Assembly: GCF_006345805.1 (NCBI RefSeq)
Contig: NC_043001.1
Location: 86,986,001-87,050,000 of the forward strand
DNA: 64,000 bases
Direction: 5' to 3'
Origin: Octopus sinensis
Lineage: Eukaryota
Below, one piece after another: positions 1-13,644 of the stretch. The notes below the pieces were generated by a model that was not told the origin of the DNA, ran no database searches, and worked only from the letters and a program-made list of their open reading frames with translations. How positions within the stretch are numbered: position 1 is the stretch's first letter; each line of letters opens with the position of its first letter. A program made the position numbers and the translations under genes.

Positions 1-497
1 ATACATACATACACACATAGATATGTGTATGCGTGCATGTATGTGTGTGTGTGCATGTAAGCATGTGTGTGCATGTGTGATGTGTAGTGTGGGGTGCATA
101 AAATATATGCATTACCAGTTCTGAGTTCTATTGTGACATGAGAATTTTCCCAGGCTTGCTAAAATAACTCGGTCAGGTTTACTAATGCGAGAACTGTGTT
201 GTTTTTCTAATGAAATTCCAGGTGTACAATGCTGTCAATAACAATCCCATTTTTATCCCAAAAACTTAAAAACATCATATGCGATGTTTATAAGTGAGGC
301 TTGAACTTTCTTGAAACAAACAGGAAATATCGTCAGCACACCTTCAGGAATACAAAAACTCAGTGTTTTTGTTGATTTTTTTTTTTGCCTGTTTGTTGTT
401 GCTGTTGTTGTTGTCATTGTTGTTTTTGTTGCATAGAAATCAAACGAGTGGTCGTAAGCTTTTGTAATTTGTAGAGGACACAGTTGGATTGAATTGT

Positions 498-660
498 AGG
501 TGTAAGCATGTCTGTGTGGCTAAGTAACTAGCTTCACATGCATGGTTTCAGTTTCAGTTTTACTGCATGGCACCTTGTGTGAGTGTCTTCTACTACAGCC
601 CCGGGCTGACCCAAGGCCTTGTGAAGGGATTTGGTAGATGGAAACTGAGTGAAGTCTATT
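498..660 (+). mobile_element. tRNA-derived SINE head (family A), decayed
   Basis: Matches the head repeated across the window (ggcacctt..agtgtcttctacta..gaccaaggccttgtga..ggatttggtagatggaaactga) and runs into a microsatellite. Confidence 0.7.
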
Positions 661-1744
661 GTATGTGTGTATGTAAGTGTGTTTGCATGTGTGCGTGTAT
701 GCATATGCATACATCATCATCATCCTCATCCTCATCATCATCATCATCATCATTGTCAACATCATCATCATCACCATCATTATTTAATCTCCATGTTCCA
801 TGCTGGAATGGGTTGGGCAATTTGACAGAATCTGTTGGGCACCAGGACTGCATCATGCTCCAATGTCTGCTTTGACAGGGTTTTAGTTTTTGTTTTTTTG
901 GCTGGATGCTCTTCCTGACACCAACCACTTACAAGTGTGTACTGGATGTTTATTCAGGCCACCAGCCCTATTGAGATCACCATGCAGCTTGCAAGACTAC
1001 GAGACCCAAAGAGAGGAGGTCAGCTTTATACCAGGGGATGATAGGATATAGTATAAGAGAAGGAAAAGGGAGCAGAGCACATTCTTGTAGAAAAGCTGCA
1101 TTTTTTGGTTACTCATGTTTAGCAGAGATGGGGAGAGAATGATTAGAAGGACCTGCAAAGAGGTATATAGTAGTAATCAAGTGTTCAGGTGGCCCTTCAA
1201 GGCACAATATGTGTGTGTGCATGTGTGTACGTGCTCGTGTGTGCGTGCATGTGCGTTTGTGGGTATGTGTGTGTGTGCATGTGCGTGTGTGTGTGTGTTT
1301 GTTACCATGTCTTGACATTATGTGCCAGTTGTAAGCAAGTGTCATTGTCGTACAAGAAGCACTGTTTGTTACCCAATCTCCTGCAAAAACATGTCTGACC
1401 ATGGAAGAATATTAGCTTACTTGGAAAGAGTTTAGGGTTGGCAACTGGAAGAGTATCCAACCATAGAAAATTTGCCTTGATGAATTGCATCTCACTCATG
1501 CAGGTATGAAATATTATAGGTATTAAATCAATGATGATGATGATGACAGTGGTGATGACGGTGGTGATGACACATGCATGCAAATGCAATCATACACATA
1601 AATTTCCACATGCATCCTCTTAAACATGTACACACATGATACACCTACACACATACACATATACATACACAAACAGATAGAAATGTACACATGCACACAC
1701 AATCCCATATCTATAAATTCATACACACATTTTTTGCTTGTACT

Positions 1745-2133
1745 CTTTTGCTCTTTTACTTGTTTCAGTCATTTGACTGTGACCATGCTGGGGCACCGCC
1801 TTTAGTCGAGCAAATCGACCCCAGGACTTATTCTTTGTAAGCCTAGTACTTATTCTATCGGTTTCTTTTGCTGAACCGCTAAATTACGAGGACATAAACA
1901 CACTAGCATCGGTTGTGAAACGATGTGGGCGGGGTGGGGGGGAGAAACACAGACACACAAACACACACACATATATATATACATATATACGATGGGCTTC
2001 TTTCAGTTTCCGTCTACCAAATCCACTCACAAGGCTTTGGTCGGCCTGAGGCCATAGTAGAAAAAACTTGCCCAAGGCGCCACCGGAACCATGTGGTTGG
2101 TAAGCAAGCTACTTACCACACAGCCACTCCTGC
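1745..2133 (-). mobile_element. Bipartite SINE family A (tRNA head + internal microsatellite + tail)
   Basis: Reverse complement of the copy at 28791-29195; tail ends ..tgactgaaacaagtaaaaga. Confidence 0.85.
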
Positions 2134-2647
2134 GTTTATTTGTGCACAAATTACACACACTTGTAGATGTATACACCACCACCACTGCCATCACCATCAC
2201 CACTGTCATCACTGTCATCACCACATCACCACTACCACCACCACCATCTTATCATTTCATATAGATTTTTTTTCCATTCTAGCATGGATTGAATAACAGT
2301 ATTTGACTACTTGATATGGTCCTTCATCATGAGATATACACAACTAGAGAGAAATTTGACTCTTTACTGTGTAATTTCAAGTATTTTAGGCATGGCTTAC
2401 ATAATGGCTGGTTCATTTTCCTATTGCAAACTACTTAAGACCACAGGCTGGGTACATCATATCAAACTACTAGCATTAGGAAAGTCATCTGCCAGAACTA
2501 AAAGACCTATCTACTCTGTATCAGTTTCTAAAATGATTATTACTCACCAAAATGCATTGCCTAAGTTGATGCTTGACTAGTCAATGTATAGATATATTTA
2601 AGAGATCCATCCATCCATTCATCCATCCATCCATCCATACATACATA

Positions 2648-2869
2648 CTCTTTTACTTGTTTCAGTCATTTGGCTGTGGCCATGCTGGAGCACTGCCTTT
2701 TAGTCGAGCAAATCGACCCCAGGACTTATTCTTTGTGAGCCTAGTACTTATTCTATCGGTCTCTTTAACTGAACCCCTAAGTTACAGGAATGTAAACACA
2801 CCCTAATAGCTGTCAAGCAATAGTGGGGAGAATGAACACAGACACACAAATACATACATACATATATAC

Positions 2870-2926
<57 letters not shown>

Positions 2927-3081
2927 GGCTTCTTTCAGTTTCCGTCTACCAATTCCACTCACAAGGCTTTGGTTGGCCTGAGGCTATAGTAGAAGACACT
3001 TGCTCAAGGTGCTATGTAGTGGGACTGAACCCGGAACCATGTGGTTGGGAAGCAAGCTTCTTACCACACAGCCACTCCTGT
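2648..3081 (-). mobile_element. SINE family A
   Basis: Same head and tail as 1745-2133 with an internal (TA)n. Confidence 0.85.
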
Positions 3082-3093
3082 ACACAATTACAA

Positions 3094-3307
3094 TGAGGGG
3101 CTGAAAATTTCCTCACTTTGAGTAAAAGAAAATACAGGAGGATCAGTTATTTATGATTTTATTTAACCTATTCTCCTCTCAGGTTCACTTACTTATTGCA
3201 GCAAAAATTCAGTTTTTCTAAGCCCTATAGAAGAACTTGGAAGGTTGAGCCTCCGGCCAGGCCTTTCATGATACTCTAAAAGCCAGGAACTTTTCAGCAC
3301 CCACTCA
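3094..3307. mobile_element. Mariner-like MITE
   Basis: Imperfect TIRs tgaggggctgaaaatttcctcacttt / aaagccaggaacttttcagcacccactca, with TA at the right end; no ORF. Confidence 0.6.
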
Positions 3308-3411
3308 TATATATACATTTGACATACACACAAAGATATGTATGAATGTATGCATGTATGTATGCATATATGCATGTGTATGTGTGTGTATGTATGAGTG
3401 TGTGTATTATG

Positions 3412-3915
3412 CACTGGGTTGTCTGGAAAGTTCATGCCGACTTATTGTAGCTTACCTTTCGACTTATTTTAGAACATGGTTGAGTCCATAAAATAGGATT
3501 TGACTACACCTCCATTGAGAACACAGTTTACGCTATTTTTTCGTGGAAGAAGATTTATGTTCCTACAACCTGTGTTAATTCTGTAACCCTTTAAAATGGA
3601 AGATAAGAAAGTTCATTTTCAGCACTTGATGCTTTGGGAACCAGACAAAAATTGCTGCAGCTCGGCTGGGATGTGTTAACCCACCCTCCATATTCACCAG
3701 ATATTGCTCCTTCGGATTTCCACTTATTCAGGTCTCTCCAGAATAGTCTTAATGGTAAAAATTTCAATTCCATGGATGACATAAAAAGATACCTTGATGA
3801 ATTCTTTGCCATGAAACCACCTCAGTTCTGGGAAGAAGGTATTTTCAAGTTAAAGGAAAGATGGAGACACATTGTGCAACAAAATGGTTCATATTTGGTT
3901 GATTAAAAATGTAAT
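3412..3915 (+). mobile_element. Internally deleted mariner (DD34D) transposon
   Basis: N-terminal MEDKKVHFQHLMLWE starting near 3596 is joined directly to C-terminal TRQKLLQLGWDVLTHPPYSPDIAPSDFHLF..RWRHIVQQNGSYLVD (ORF 3634-3906). Confidence 0.85.
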
Positions 3916-4129
3916 GCATGCATGCATGTGTGTGTGTGTGTTCTGATGTTCTATTCTGTTTTTCAGTATTTGAAATTTTCTTGTAATGAAGTAGCTGGTT
4001 TCTAACAAAGACACAAAACTCCATCACCGTAACATACATTACAGAAACAAATTCATACTTTGAACTTAAGAAAAGTTTTGCATATTTGTTATGTGCAGAT
4101 TAGCTGATTAATTTCAATTTCTGAAAACC

Positions 4130-4390
4130 TTAGCCAATCCAACTCACAAAACCAAGTACACCAATTACTATTGGTATAAATGTGAATTTATAATCTGAGT
4201 AAAGAAGCTGAAGGTTTTGAAGCAGTTTTCCAGTTATCCTTTTTCTCTTTGATTTTCAAAGAGATATTCACATCAGCAAGACAGCTGACTTCTATGATGA
4301 TACATACTTTTTTATTGTCAGTCCCAAACAATATACAACCTGCTGTTTACACTTGATAAAATCTTAATGGGAATGTTCCACTTATCTTCT
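4130..4390 (-). mobile_element. R4/Dong-like (RLE) LINE endonuclease remnant
   Basis: Minus strand translates IIEVSCLADVNISLKIKEKKDN, resembling the RLE motif IIEVSCPxDxNxxxKxxEK. Confidence 0.5.
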
Positions 4391-4696
4391 TTGTGTTGAT
4401 GTTTAAGTATGTATTCAATGTGTGCATGTGAGTCTGTGTGTGTGTGAATGCTTATAGTTTATGTTGAGCTGGGTAACATACTATGGTTTTCAAGGATATT
4501 TCCTAGGGACAAGAAATCATCCAATAACTCTACATGCTTGAAGATGGCTGAAATGATAAGTCCCTTATTTGAAAACAGGTAAGGGTTAGTAGCAGGAAAG
4601 GTATCCAACTATAAAAGCCATATTTCAATAATGTGTATTTGTATAATCCAAGCTAGCATGAAACAACAGGCATACAAATGAACAATATATATACAT

Positions 4697-4908
4697 CTTT
4701 TTCTACTCAAGGCACAATGCCCGAAATTTTGGGGGAGGGGGCTAGTCGATTAGATCAATATCAGTACGCAACTAGTACTTAATTTATTGACTCCGAAAGA
4801 ATGAAAGGCAAAGCCAACTTTGGCTGAATTTGAACTCAGAACATAAGACAGACAAAATACCACTAAGCATTTCACCTGCCATGCTAACGTTTCTCCCTGC
4901 TCACTGCT
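4697..4908 (-). mobile_element. tRNA-derived SINE family C, decayed
   Basis: Homologous to the young copy at 60474-60703. Confidence 0.75.
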
Positions 4909-4934
4909 TTGAACAATATATGTATGTATATATA

Positions 4935-4982
<48 letters not shown>

Positions 4983-6352
4983 TCATCATCATCATCATTT
5001 AGCATCCGCTTTCCATGCTAACATGGGTTGGACAGTTCAACTGGGGTCTGTGAAGCCAGAGGGCTGCATCAGGCCCAGTCTGATCTGGCAGTGTTTCTAC
5101 GGCTGGATGCCCTTCCTAACGCCAACCACTCCGTGAGTGTAGTGGGTGCTTTTTACGTGCCACCCGCACAGGTGTCAGACGGAGCTGGCAAACGGCCACG
5201 GACGGATGGTGCTTTTTACGTGCCACTGGCACGGGGGCCAGGCGAGGCTGGCAACGGCCACGATCTGACGGTGCTTTTTACGTGCCACTGGCACGGAGGC
5301 CAGTCAGGGCGGCGCTGGCAACGGCCACGATCGGATGGTTCGCTTACTTGTCACCGGCACTGGTATCACAGCTGCAATTTCCATTGATGTTGATCGACTT
5401 CGATTTTGGTTCTGCTTTCTGATATCTGATTTGATTTGGTTTGATTTTGATTTTCACTTGCCTCAACGGGTCTTCACAAGTGGAGTTTTGTGTCCCAAAA
5501 GGAAAGGTATGTATAAGTCGACTGGCTACATACCAGGTAGAGGCCCCTGGTTATGGTCTCACTAGTCTTGCCGGGTCTTCTCACGCACAGCATACTTCCA
5601 TAGGTCTTGGTCTCTAGTCATTTCCTTAGTGAGACCTAAAGTTCGAAGGTCGTGTTTCACCACCTTGTCCCAGGTTTTCCTGGGTCTACCTCTTCCACAG
5701 GTTCCCTCAACTGCTAGTGTGTGGAACTTTTGCACACAACTATCTTCAGCCATTCTCGTCACATGACCATACCAGCGCAAACGTCTCTCTTGCACACCAC
5801 AACTGATGCTTCTTAGGTCCAACTTTTCTCTCAAGGTACTTACACTCTGTCGATTATGAACACTGACATTACACATCCATCGGAGCATACTGGCTTCATT
5901 TCTTGCGAGCTTACGCATATCCTCAGCAGTCACGGCCCATGTTTCACTACCATGTAGCATGGCTGTACGTACACATGCATCATACAGTCTGCCTTTTACT
6001 CTGAGCGAGAGGCCTTTTGTCACCAGCAGGGGTAAGAGCTCTCTAAACTTTGCCCAGGCTATTCTTACTCTAGCAGTTACACTTTCAGCACACCCACCCC
6101 CGCTACTGACTTGGTCACCTAGGTAGTGGAAGCTATCAACTACTTCTAGTTTTTCTCCCTGGAACGTGGTAGAAGTTGGTCTCTGCACATTTTCAGTGTT
6201 TATTTGCTCCTGAGCATCTGCCACAGACAAAAACTATTTTCCTAGTTAGCCTTCCTTTGACATTGCTGCACCTCTTATGTGTCCATAGCTTACACTTGGT
6301 GCACCTAATAGAGTTTCTACCTACACCTTTTTTACCAATCACAAACGCCTTC
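4983..6352 (-). mobile_element. 5'-truncated RTE-X-like LINE (PHD-like finger, RT C-terminus, 3'UTR, (GAT)n tail)
   Basis: SIRCTKCKLWTHKRC..FVCGRC, then after a frameshift FHYLGD..MLHGSETW..RLRWYGHV..RGRPRKTW (ORF 5562-6230); 3'UTR carries ~60-bp subrepeats; (TA)n on both sides. Confidence 0.9.
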
Positions 6353-6358
6353 AGGTAG

Positions 6359-6432
<74 letters not shown>

Positions 6433-6534
6433 GTACATATATATATGTACATATATATATATTTATAAATATATACATACATACATATATATATATATGT
6501 ACATATATATTTATTATGTATATGGTATATATAT

Positions 6535-7500
6535 ATCATCATTCATCATCATCATTCATTTAGCGTCCGTTTTCCATGCTAGCATGGGTGGACGGTTCAA
6601 CTGGGGTCTGGGGAGCCCGAAGGCTGCACCAGGCCAGTCAGATCTGGCAGTGTTTCTACAGCTGGATGCCCTTCCTAACGCCAACCACTCCAAGAGTGTA
6701 GTGGGTGATTTTATGTGCCACCGACACAGGTGCCAGACGAGGCTGGCGAACGGCCACGCTCTCAGATGGTGTTTTTATGTGCCACCGACACAGTGCCAGA
6801 CGAGGCTGGCAGACGGCCACGCTCGGATGGTGTTTTTTATGTGCCAGACACAGGTGCCAGATGAGGCTGGCGAACGGCCACGATCGGATGGTTGTTTACG
6901 TGCCCGCAGCACGGAGGCCAGTCGATGCGGTACTGGCTACGGCCACGTTCGGATGGTTTTCTTGTGTGCCACCGGCACTGGTACCACAAAGATACAAATT
7001 CCATTGATGTTCATCTATTTTGATTTGATTTGATTTGATTTTCACTGCCTCAACAGGTCTTCACAAGTGTCACAAGAAGGAAGGTATGCACAGGTGGACT
7101 GACTACGTCCCAGGTAGCGGCCACGGGTTATGGCCTGACTAGTCTTGCCGGGTCTTCAGATGGTGTTTTTATGGCCAACCGACACAGGTGCCAGATGAGG
7201 CTGGCGAACGGCCACAATGATGGTGTTGTTTGTTACTTGCCCACAGCACGGAGGCCAGTCGATGCGGTACTGGCTACCGCCACGTTTGGATAGTTTTCTT
7301 GTGTGCCACCGGCACTGGTACCATAAAGATAAAATTCCATTGATGTTCATCTATTTTGATTTGTTTTGATTTGATTTGATTTGATTTTCACTTGCCTCAA
7401 CAGGTCTTCACAAGTGTCACAAGAAGGAAGGAAGGTATGCATAGGTGGACTGACTACATCCCAGGTAGGGGCCACGGGTTATGGCCTGACTAGTCTTGCC
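6535..7500 (-). mobile_element. RTE-X LINE 3'UTR copy with internal tandem duplication
   Basis: Same 3'UTR as 4983-5560; segment ~6840-7155 is repeated at ~7156-7500. Confidence 0.85.
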
Positions 7501-7879
7501 AATGTACATATATATATATATATATCAATTCATCCAAACCATACCAGTAGGGAAATTGGACATTAAATGATGTATGTATGTATGTTGTATATTGTATGTA
7601 TGTGTGTGTGTGTATGTATGTATGCATGTATATATCTCTGTATGTATAGCTAGATAGATAGACTGACAATCAAACAGATCGACAGACACACTCTTGCATA
7701 CATACATACAAAAAATAAATACATATATAAATGCATGATGGTAGTAGAATTCATTAAATAAAGTATGACCGTGACTGACTAAATAAAGTGTATCACAGCA
7801 TTACATGTCTTGAGTATGCTAATGACTCAAAATCCTGCCAGCAACCTACAGAACTTGTTACAGATTTGATATTCATACA

Positions 7880-8510
7880 AATTCTTCTGACTTTTTGGTT
7901 ATTCCAAATCATTCGGATGATTTTCTCTGTGCACTCTCATGCACCTAGAAAAAGCTGAGGGATTTATACGCATTTTCTGGCAGTGCAGGTGAGGTTGGCC
8001 CAACAAGAAAGTCATTGTAGTTTGTAACAGGTCTTTCTGTGTGGCTTCTATAGTGAATCCCCAGGCCTGCCTGAAGCATATATACTCACAACAGACTTCA
8101 CAAACCAGCTGTGAAACTGTACATTTAATGGAATTGTCTTTACATGCCGATCTCCTTATACATCACCACTCATTTGCATTTCGCATGAATATGCTCACTC
8201 TATCATAAACACTTTGCTTCCAGGTTTTCCTATCATGTAATGTCTTCCCAATCCTGTTCTGAAATCTCACAGATCCCAAGCAATTCTTTTAAGTTGCCCT
8301 TGAATTACTCTCATAGCTTATGCTGTGATTGAGTGCCTTGTGACAGTACATCATATGACATTTGTTTGGGAATTCTGCTGTCATCAAGACACGCAACATG
8401 ACCAACCCAGTGCATATGGTAGTAGTGGATGTGGGCCTCAATATTCACTACATTGGCTATTTCTAAAACATCCGCATCAGGGTTATAAGTCATCCAGTGG
8501 ATGCCAAGGA
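7880..8510 (-). mobile_element. RTE-clade LINE 3' remnant
   Basis: ILGIHW..DVLEIAN..HWVGHVACLDDSRIPKQM, followed by a decayed Cys/His-rich tail. Confidence 0.75.
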
Positions 8511-8547
8511 TACATACATACATACATATATACATGCATGCATGCAT

Positions 8548-8588
<41 letters not shown>

Positions 8589-8957
8589 TCTAAATGCACT
8601 CACTTATACATACTATATAATACACATCAAGTTCAAATCACGTCAGGCAGAAACAGATTAAGTCTGCCACTCAAGAACAGAAGCAAATCTCTTCGACTTG
8701 CTTCCACACAGTTTCCTATTTATCAAATTTCATCAACAAGTTTTGGTCAGTCTGATACTATGGTAGAAAATCTTACTCAAAACGTTGTGTAATGTGATTG
8801 ATGTCAGTACCTTGTGATTGCAAAACACACTTCTTAATCATATCTCTGCCTTCACCCAGTGGTTATTACCTTAAGTTATTGCTTTCTAATATAATTATGG
8901 TACCAGCAAGATGTTATATATCTGTTATATTGCTTATAAGCAATATAACAGATATAA

Positions 8958-9206
8958 AAAAATAATAATAAATGTGCCCTTTTAAAGCCTAGCCAGGCTC
9001 ATGGGCCTGGTTTCTCGGTTTCTATGGCGTATGTGTTCCCCAGCTGGACAGGACGCCAGTCCATCGCAGCATTACTCATTTTTGCCAGCTGAGTGGACTG
9101 GAGCAACGTGAAATGAAGTGTTTTGCTCAAGAACACAATGCGTCGCCCGGTCCACAATCTTACGATCATGGTGCTGACACCCTAACCACTAAGCCACATG
9201 CCTCCA
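8958..9206 (-). mobile_element. tRNA-derived SINE family D with 17-bp TSD
   Basis: A-box-like tggcttagtggttagg head; TSD caatataacagatataa at 8941-8957 and 9207-9223. Confidence 0.85.
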
Positions 9207-9344
9207 CAATATAACAGATATAAGTAACCAATATATCTGTCATATGGCCAATATGTTAGTGGCAGGGTATCAAACATATTTTCATCTGATTTTTAAAACC
9301 CTCTTCTGACCACAGCTATCTCTGATTCCTTGGCTATTCTCTAA

Positions 9345-9601
9345 TCAAGTGGGCCTAACAGAACTAAGGGCTCTGTGCCTCCACTTCAAACTAACTTATA
9401 GAAGAAAATGTAATTCACAAATTATCTGACAAACTACTTAATTATGACACTGGAAGATGCGTAAAAGAAATCAAGACATTGTATAATAGCTCATTGATAA
9501 ACATACTGAAGTGGCTGGTGTGTGTGTTCTGGGAGAGGAGACCACTATTATGGATACATACAATGAATAGCATGAAGCAAGAGGACTTCAGAGATAAGGC
9601 T
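9345..9601. repeat. Dispersed ~250-bp repeat, copy 1 (second copy at ~13645-13882)
   Basis: Shared gagaggagaccactattatggatacatacaatgaata..cagagataaggct; probably an old LINE fragment. Confidence 0.75.
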
Positions 9602-10086
9602 TTTTTCATTCTGAATAAAGGGGCCTCTTGAGATAGGTTGGTGATGCTGAATGGATAGTTGTGTGTTGTTACATAGATGGATTTGAGTAAACCAACAATT
9701 CTGACAGAGGTAGCATTCATAACTGGTCACTTCAGTACACTGTATAATCACAGTCTATACACTCGCATAAGACATACAGATAGGCACAATAATACTATCT
9801 CTCTCCATACACGCAGTATTGAGTTCTTTTATTCTTTGTGGTATATGTATACAAGCCTTATTTATTTATAAACACACACACACATATATGCACATAAACA
9901 CAACACATATCTATAGTTTAATATATATATATACATATATATGTGTGTGTGATATATATATTTATACACATATATGTGTGTGTGTGTGCATGTGTGATAT
10001 ATATTTATACACATGTGTGTGTGCGTGTGTGTGTATGTGTGTGTATATGTGTGCGTGTATGTGTGTGTGTGCGTGCGTGTGTGTGC

Positions 10087-10131
<45 letters not shown>

Positions 10132-10308
10132 TGTGTCTGTGTGTGTGTGATATATTTATACACATATTTCTTCACCAAAATATCACTGGGAAGTGCCTGG
10201 TTAATGCAAAGTTTGAACAGAACAATAGTCAATTTCACATACACACACATGAGCACACACACACACACAGATACACACACACACACATGTTTATGTATAT
10301 ATGTGCAA

Positions 10309-10346
<38 letters not shown>

Positions 10347-11169
10347 AGTATGTGTGTATATGTGCATGTGTGTGCTAGTCTTTGTAAATATGCATATATC
10401 TAAGTATCTCTCATTTCCTCCTAATTACTTATCTATCAATCATCTTCAGTGATCTAATTCTCTTTAACCTTCTCTGTCTCTTACCCCATGCATGTCTCAC
10501 TCTCTCTTACCTTGTACAACTCTCTCTTTCTCTCTCTCTCTCTCCTTATCTTTTACTCTTTAACTTCCTTGCCCTTTCTTAATCACTGTTTCATTCTCCT
10601 CCCTCTCTTTCTGATTTTCTCATACAACAGTAAACAAGAATTAAACTTTTGTCCTTCTGGTCCTTAAATAGAAACTTGCAACTGTACACTTGCAATTTCA
10701 CAATACTACATCTGTTTTTGTACACGCACGCATACATACACTCATAAATTAACACATTCACACAGGCACACAGACACACATTCACTCATACATTCACTCA
10801 CATAGCTATACTCAAATTTGAACACATAAATGACACATGAACACACACACATATGTACACTCACATACACATGCATACATGTGTATCATGTACACACACA
10901 GGTTCATACCTCAAGACACACATACATGCACATATAAGGTGTTCCATAAGCAAAGCAAAATTTAAACATGAAGTCAACTTTAAATGCTGTTGTACTGATA
11001 CAACTCTCCAGTAATCTCAACACTAACTTATACGTGTTATGTCTAAACACTTGTATATATTATACAATGAGAGAGAAGTTTTCAAAATGCTTAACTTTAA
11101 TTACAAGTTCATGTTCCCTTTGAATCATTTTATTTTGCTAACTTCTAAAATAGCTTCTGAAAGACTTAC

Positions 11170-11184
11170 CATACCTGTCATTCA
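11170..11184 (-). CDS. Candidate 15-nt microexon of an unseen host gene
   Basis: ttttgtctgcag|TGAATGACAGGTATG|gtaagt with an upstream pyrimidine tract; frame-preserving, open only in phase 1 (xNDRY). Confidence 0.35.
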
Positions 11185-11489
11185 CTGCAGACAAAATATT
11201 TTTGTAAGAATTAAAGCAAAACATGTAAACGATACAAAAGAAAGGACAATACACCTGGAGCATCCCTCATCAGCCATGGAAACCAGAATCAGTGTAGTTT
11301 CTGCATGTTTAAATCCAAAGACAGTAATTCCATGAGCCATGCTAAGATAGTAATTATAACTTAAATGATAAATATCACAAAGAAAAAGACTTGGAACATA
11401 CAAGACAACAACATAACGATGGAAAACTATGGACAAATACATGTAAGTTAGATTAATAAAAATATATAAATACATATATATATACACAG

Positions 11490-13128
11490 TTGCAAGCATG
11501 GGTGTATGGTTAAGAAGCTCTCTTTTCAGTCATGTGGTATCAAGTTCAGTTTAAACATGTGACAATTTAAACAAGTGCCTTCCACTGTAGTCTGAGTTGA
11601 CCAAAGTATGTGCATCTGTGTCCTTATTTTGATATTACATGATGGTGGAAAACAAGTATCATTATCATACAAGCAATGTCATTTGTTTTAAACTTTATGT
11701 CAAAAGTATGTCAGACCATGAGAAAATATTACTTGTTTGGAAATAGTTGAGGGTTGGTGACAGGAAGGGTATTTAGCTAAAGAAAATATATCAGGTCATC
11801 CTATAAGTTCTGTCCAATATTACCTTTTTAAAAATTGAATGAAATTTAATAGTATTTTAGAATGCCTAATGGAATTAAAAATTATTTTTATACATTTGTG
11901 TATATTTAAACTAATTAAATATTATTTTACAGAATAATAGAATTAAAATTTCTTTGATTAAAATCCTTTCTAACATGGAAGTATCCAAAGAGCATTTGAG
12001 GTGCATAATGCTTTATGAGTACAAAAAAGGAAACTCTGCAGCTGAAGCGACTTGAAACATATACTCAGTTTATGGGAAAGAATGCTTGAATGAAAGAACT
12101 TGCAGAAGATGGTTTGCAAAGTTCAGAAGTGGAGATTTCAGCCTTGAAGATGAAGATTGAACAGGACGTCCAGTTGAGTTTGATGATAAGCTCCTTGAGG
12201 CATTACTTGAAGAAGATCTTGCATTATCAGTTGAAGAATTGGCAATGAAGCTTAGTTCAAACCATACAACTGTTCATCGTAATCTTCAACAACTTGGAAA
12301 ATGGGTGCCTCATGAATTGTCCGAAAGCAACTGCAAATCCTGAGTTGACATTTGCTCTTCTCTCCATTCTCATGAACTCATTTCACCCTTTTTGGATAGA
12401 CTTGTGACTGGTGACGAAAAATGGATCTTCTATCGAAATGTTCAATGTCATAAACAGTCGCTTGGTAAAAGGGAAAAAGCTCAACCACAACCGAGAAGGG
12501 AACTTCATGAGAAAAAGGTTCTTCTCTCTATCTGGTGGGATTGCAAAGGAGTAATTCACTTTGAATTGTTACTACCTAATGCAACAATCAATGCTCAAGT
12601 CTACTGTCAGCAATTAGAGGGTTTGAACCAAGCTTTGAAGAAAAAAGGACCCGCTTTAGTGAATCAAAAAGGAGTGATGTTTCATCAGAACAATGCACCA
12701 CCCCACACTGCAATGATCAAATCACAGAAGATCGAAGAGCTTGGTTGGGAAAAAATTCCTCATCCATCTTATTCTCCCGACCTTGCTCCTTCACACTACC
12801 ATTTGTTTCGTAGTTTACAGAATTATTTGAGGGACATAACTTTTGCAAGCCAGGAGGAGGTCGAAACTGACATTTCAGAGTTCTTCGCTTTGAAACCAAA
12901 AGTGTTTTACACTGATGGGATTAAAAAGCTTGTAATTAGATGGAAGGAAGTCATAGATAATCAGGGAAAGTACATTGATGATTAAATTTCAATTACATAT
13001 AACATTTGATCACTTGTTTTCTTTATTTTATTCAAAATTCGGATAGAACTTTGGGATGACCTGATACTTCAGCAAATTTCACCTGACCCATAGAATCATA
13101 TAAAAGTGAACATAAAAATGATGATGAC
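11490..13128 (+). mobile_element. Old SINE (family A head + RTE-type tail) split by a mariner
   Basis: Tail motif ggtgacaggaagggtatttagctaaagaaaa resumes after 13066 and ends in atgatgatga. Confidence 0.65.
11791..13064 (+). mobile_element. Full-length inactive mariner (DD34D), TA TSD
   Basis: TIRs tcaggtcatcctataagttctgtcc / ggatagaactttgggatgacctga flanked by TA; transposase from ATG 11975 to 12985 with in-frame stops; motifs WVPHEL, VTGDEKW, HQNNAPPH, YSPDLAPSHY (2nd and 3rd catalytic Asp lost). Confidence 0.95.
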
Positions 13129-13644
13129 TGTATATATATTGTAGTCTTTTGACTGGGCTCAAAAACACAAAAAAAACAAAACAAATTCACTGAGTGCTAG
13201 AATATTTCATGAGACTTCTTTTTCTCTATGTATGCTCTACCTGTGTGTAACAGATAACACCAATACCACAATCAGCCAATTGATGTACAGAGAGAAAAAC
13301 AAACTTTAAAACATTGACGTTGGGAATGGAGAGGATAAGGACAGATGAAAATGTGGTCAAAGTAGAAAATATTGATGATGATGCAATGGGAGTTGATGGG
13401 GGTGTTAATGGTAATGTTGGTGATGGTGGTAGTGGTAGCAGCAGTGGTAGTGGTAGCAGCAGTGGTAGTGGTAGCAGCAGTGGTAGTGGTAGCAGCAGTG
13501 GCAGTGGTGGTGGTGGTGGTGGTGGTGGTGGTGAGGATGGTGATGCCATCCTCTAATTAAAAGAGTGGCATCATCATGTTATCATCACCACCATCATCAT
13601 CATCATCATCATTATCATCCTCTTCCCTTGTCACTTCGTAATCA

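Noticed and set aside
117-232. Possible minus-strand exon HCTPGISLEKQHSSRISKPDRVIL..
   Set aside because: Poor polypyrimidine tract and no recognisable product; it could equally be TE debris.
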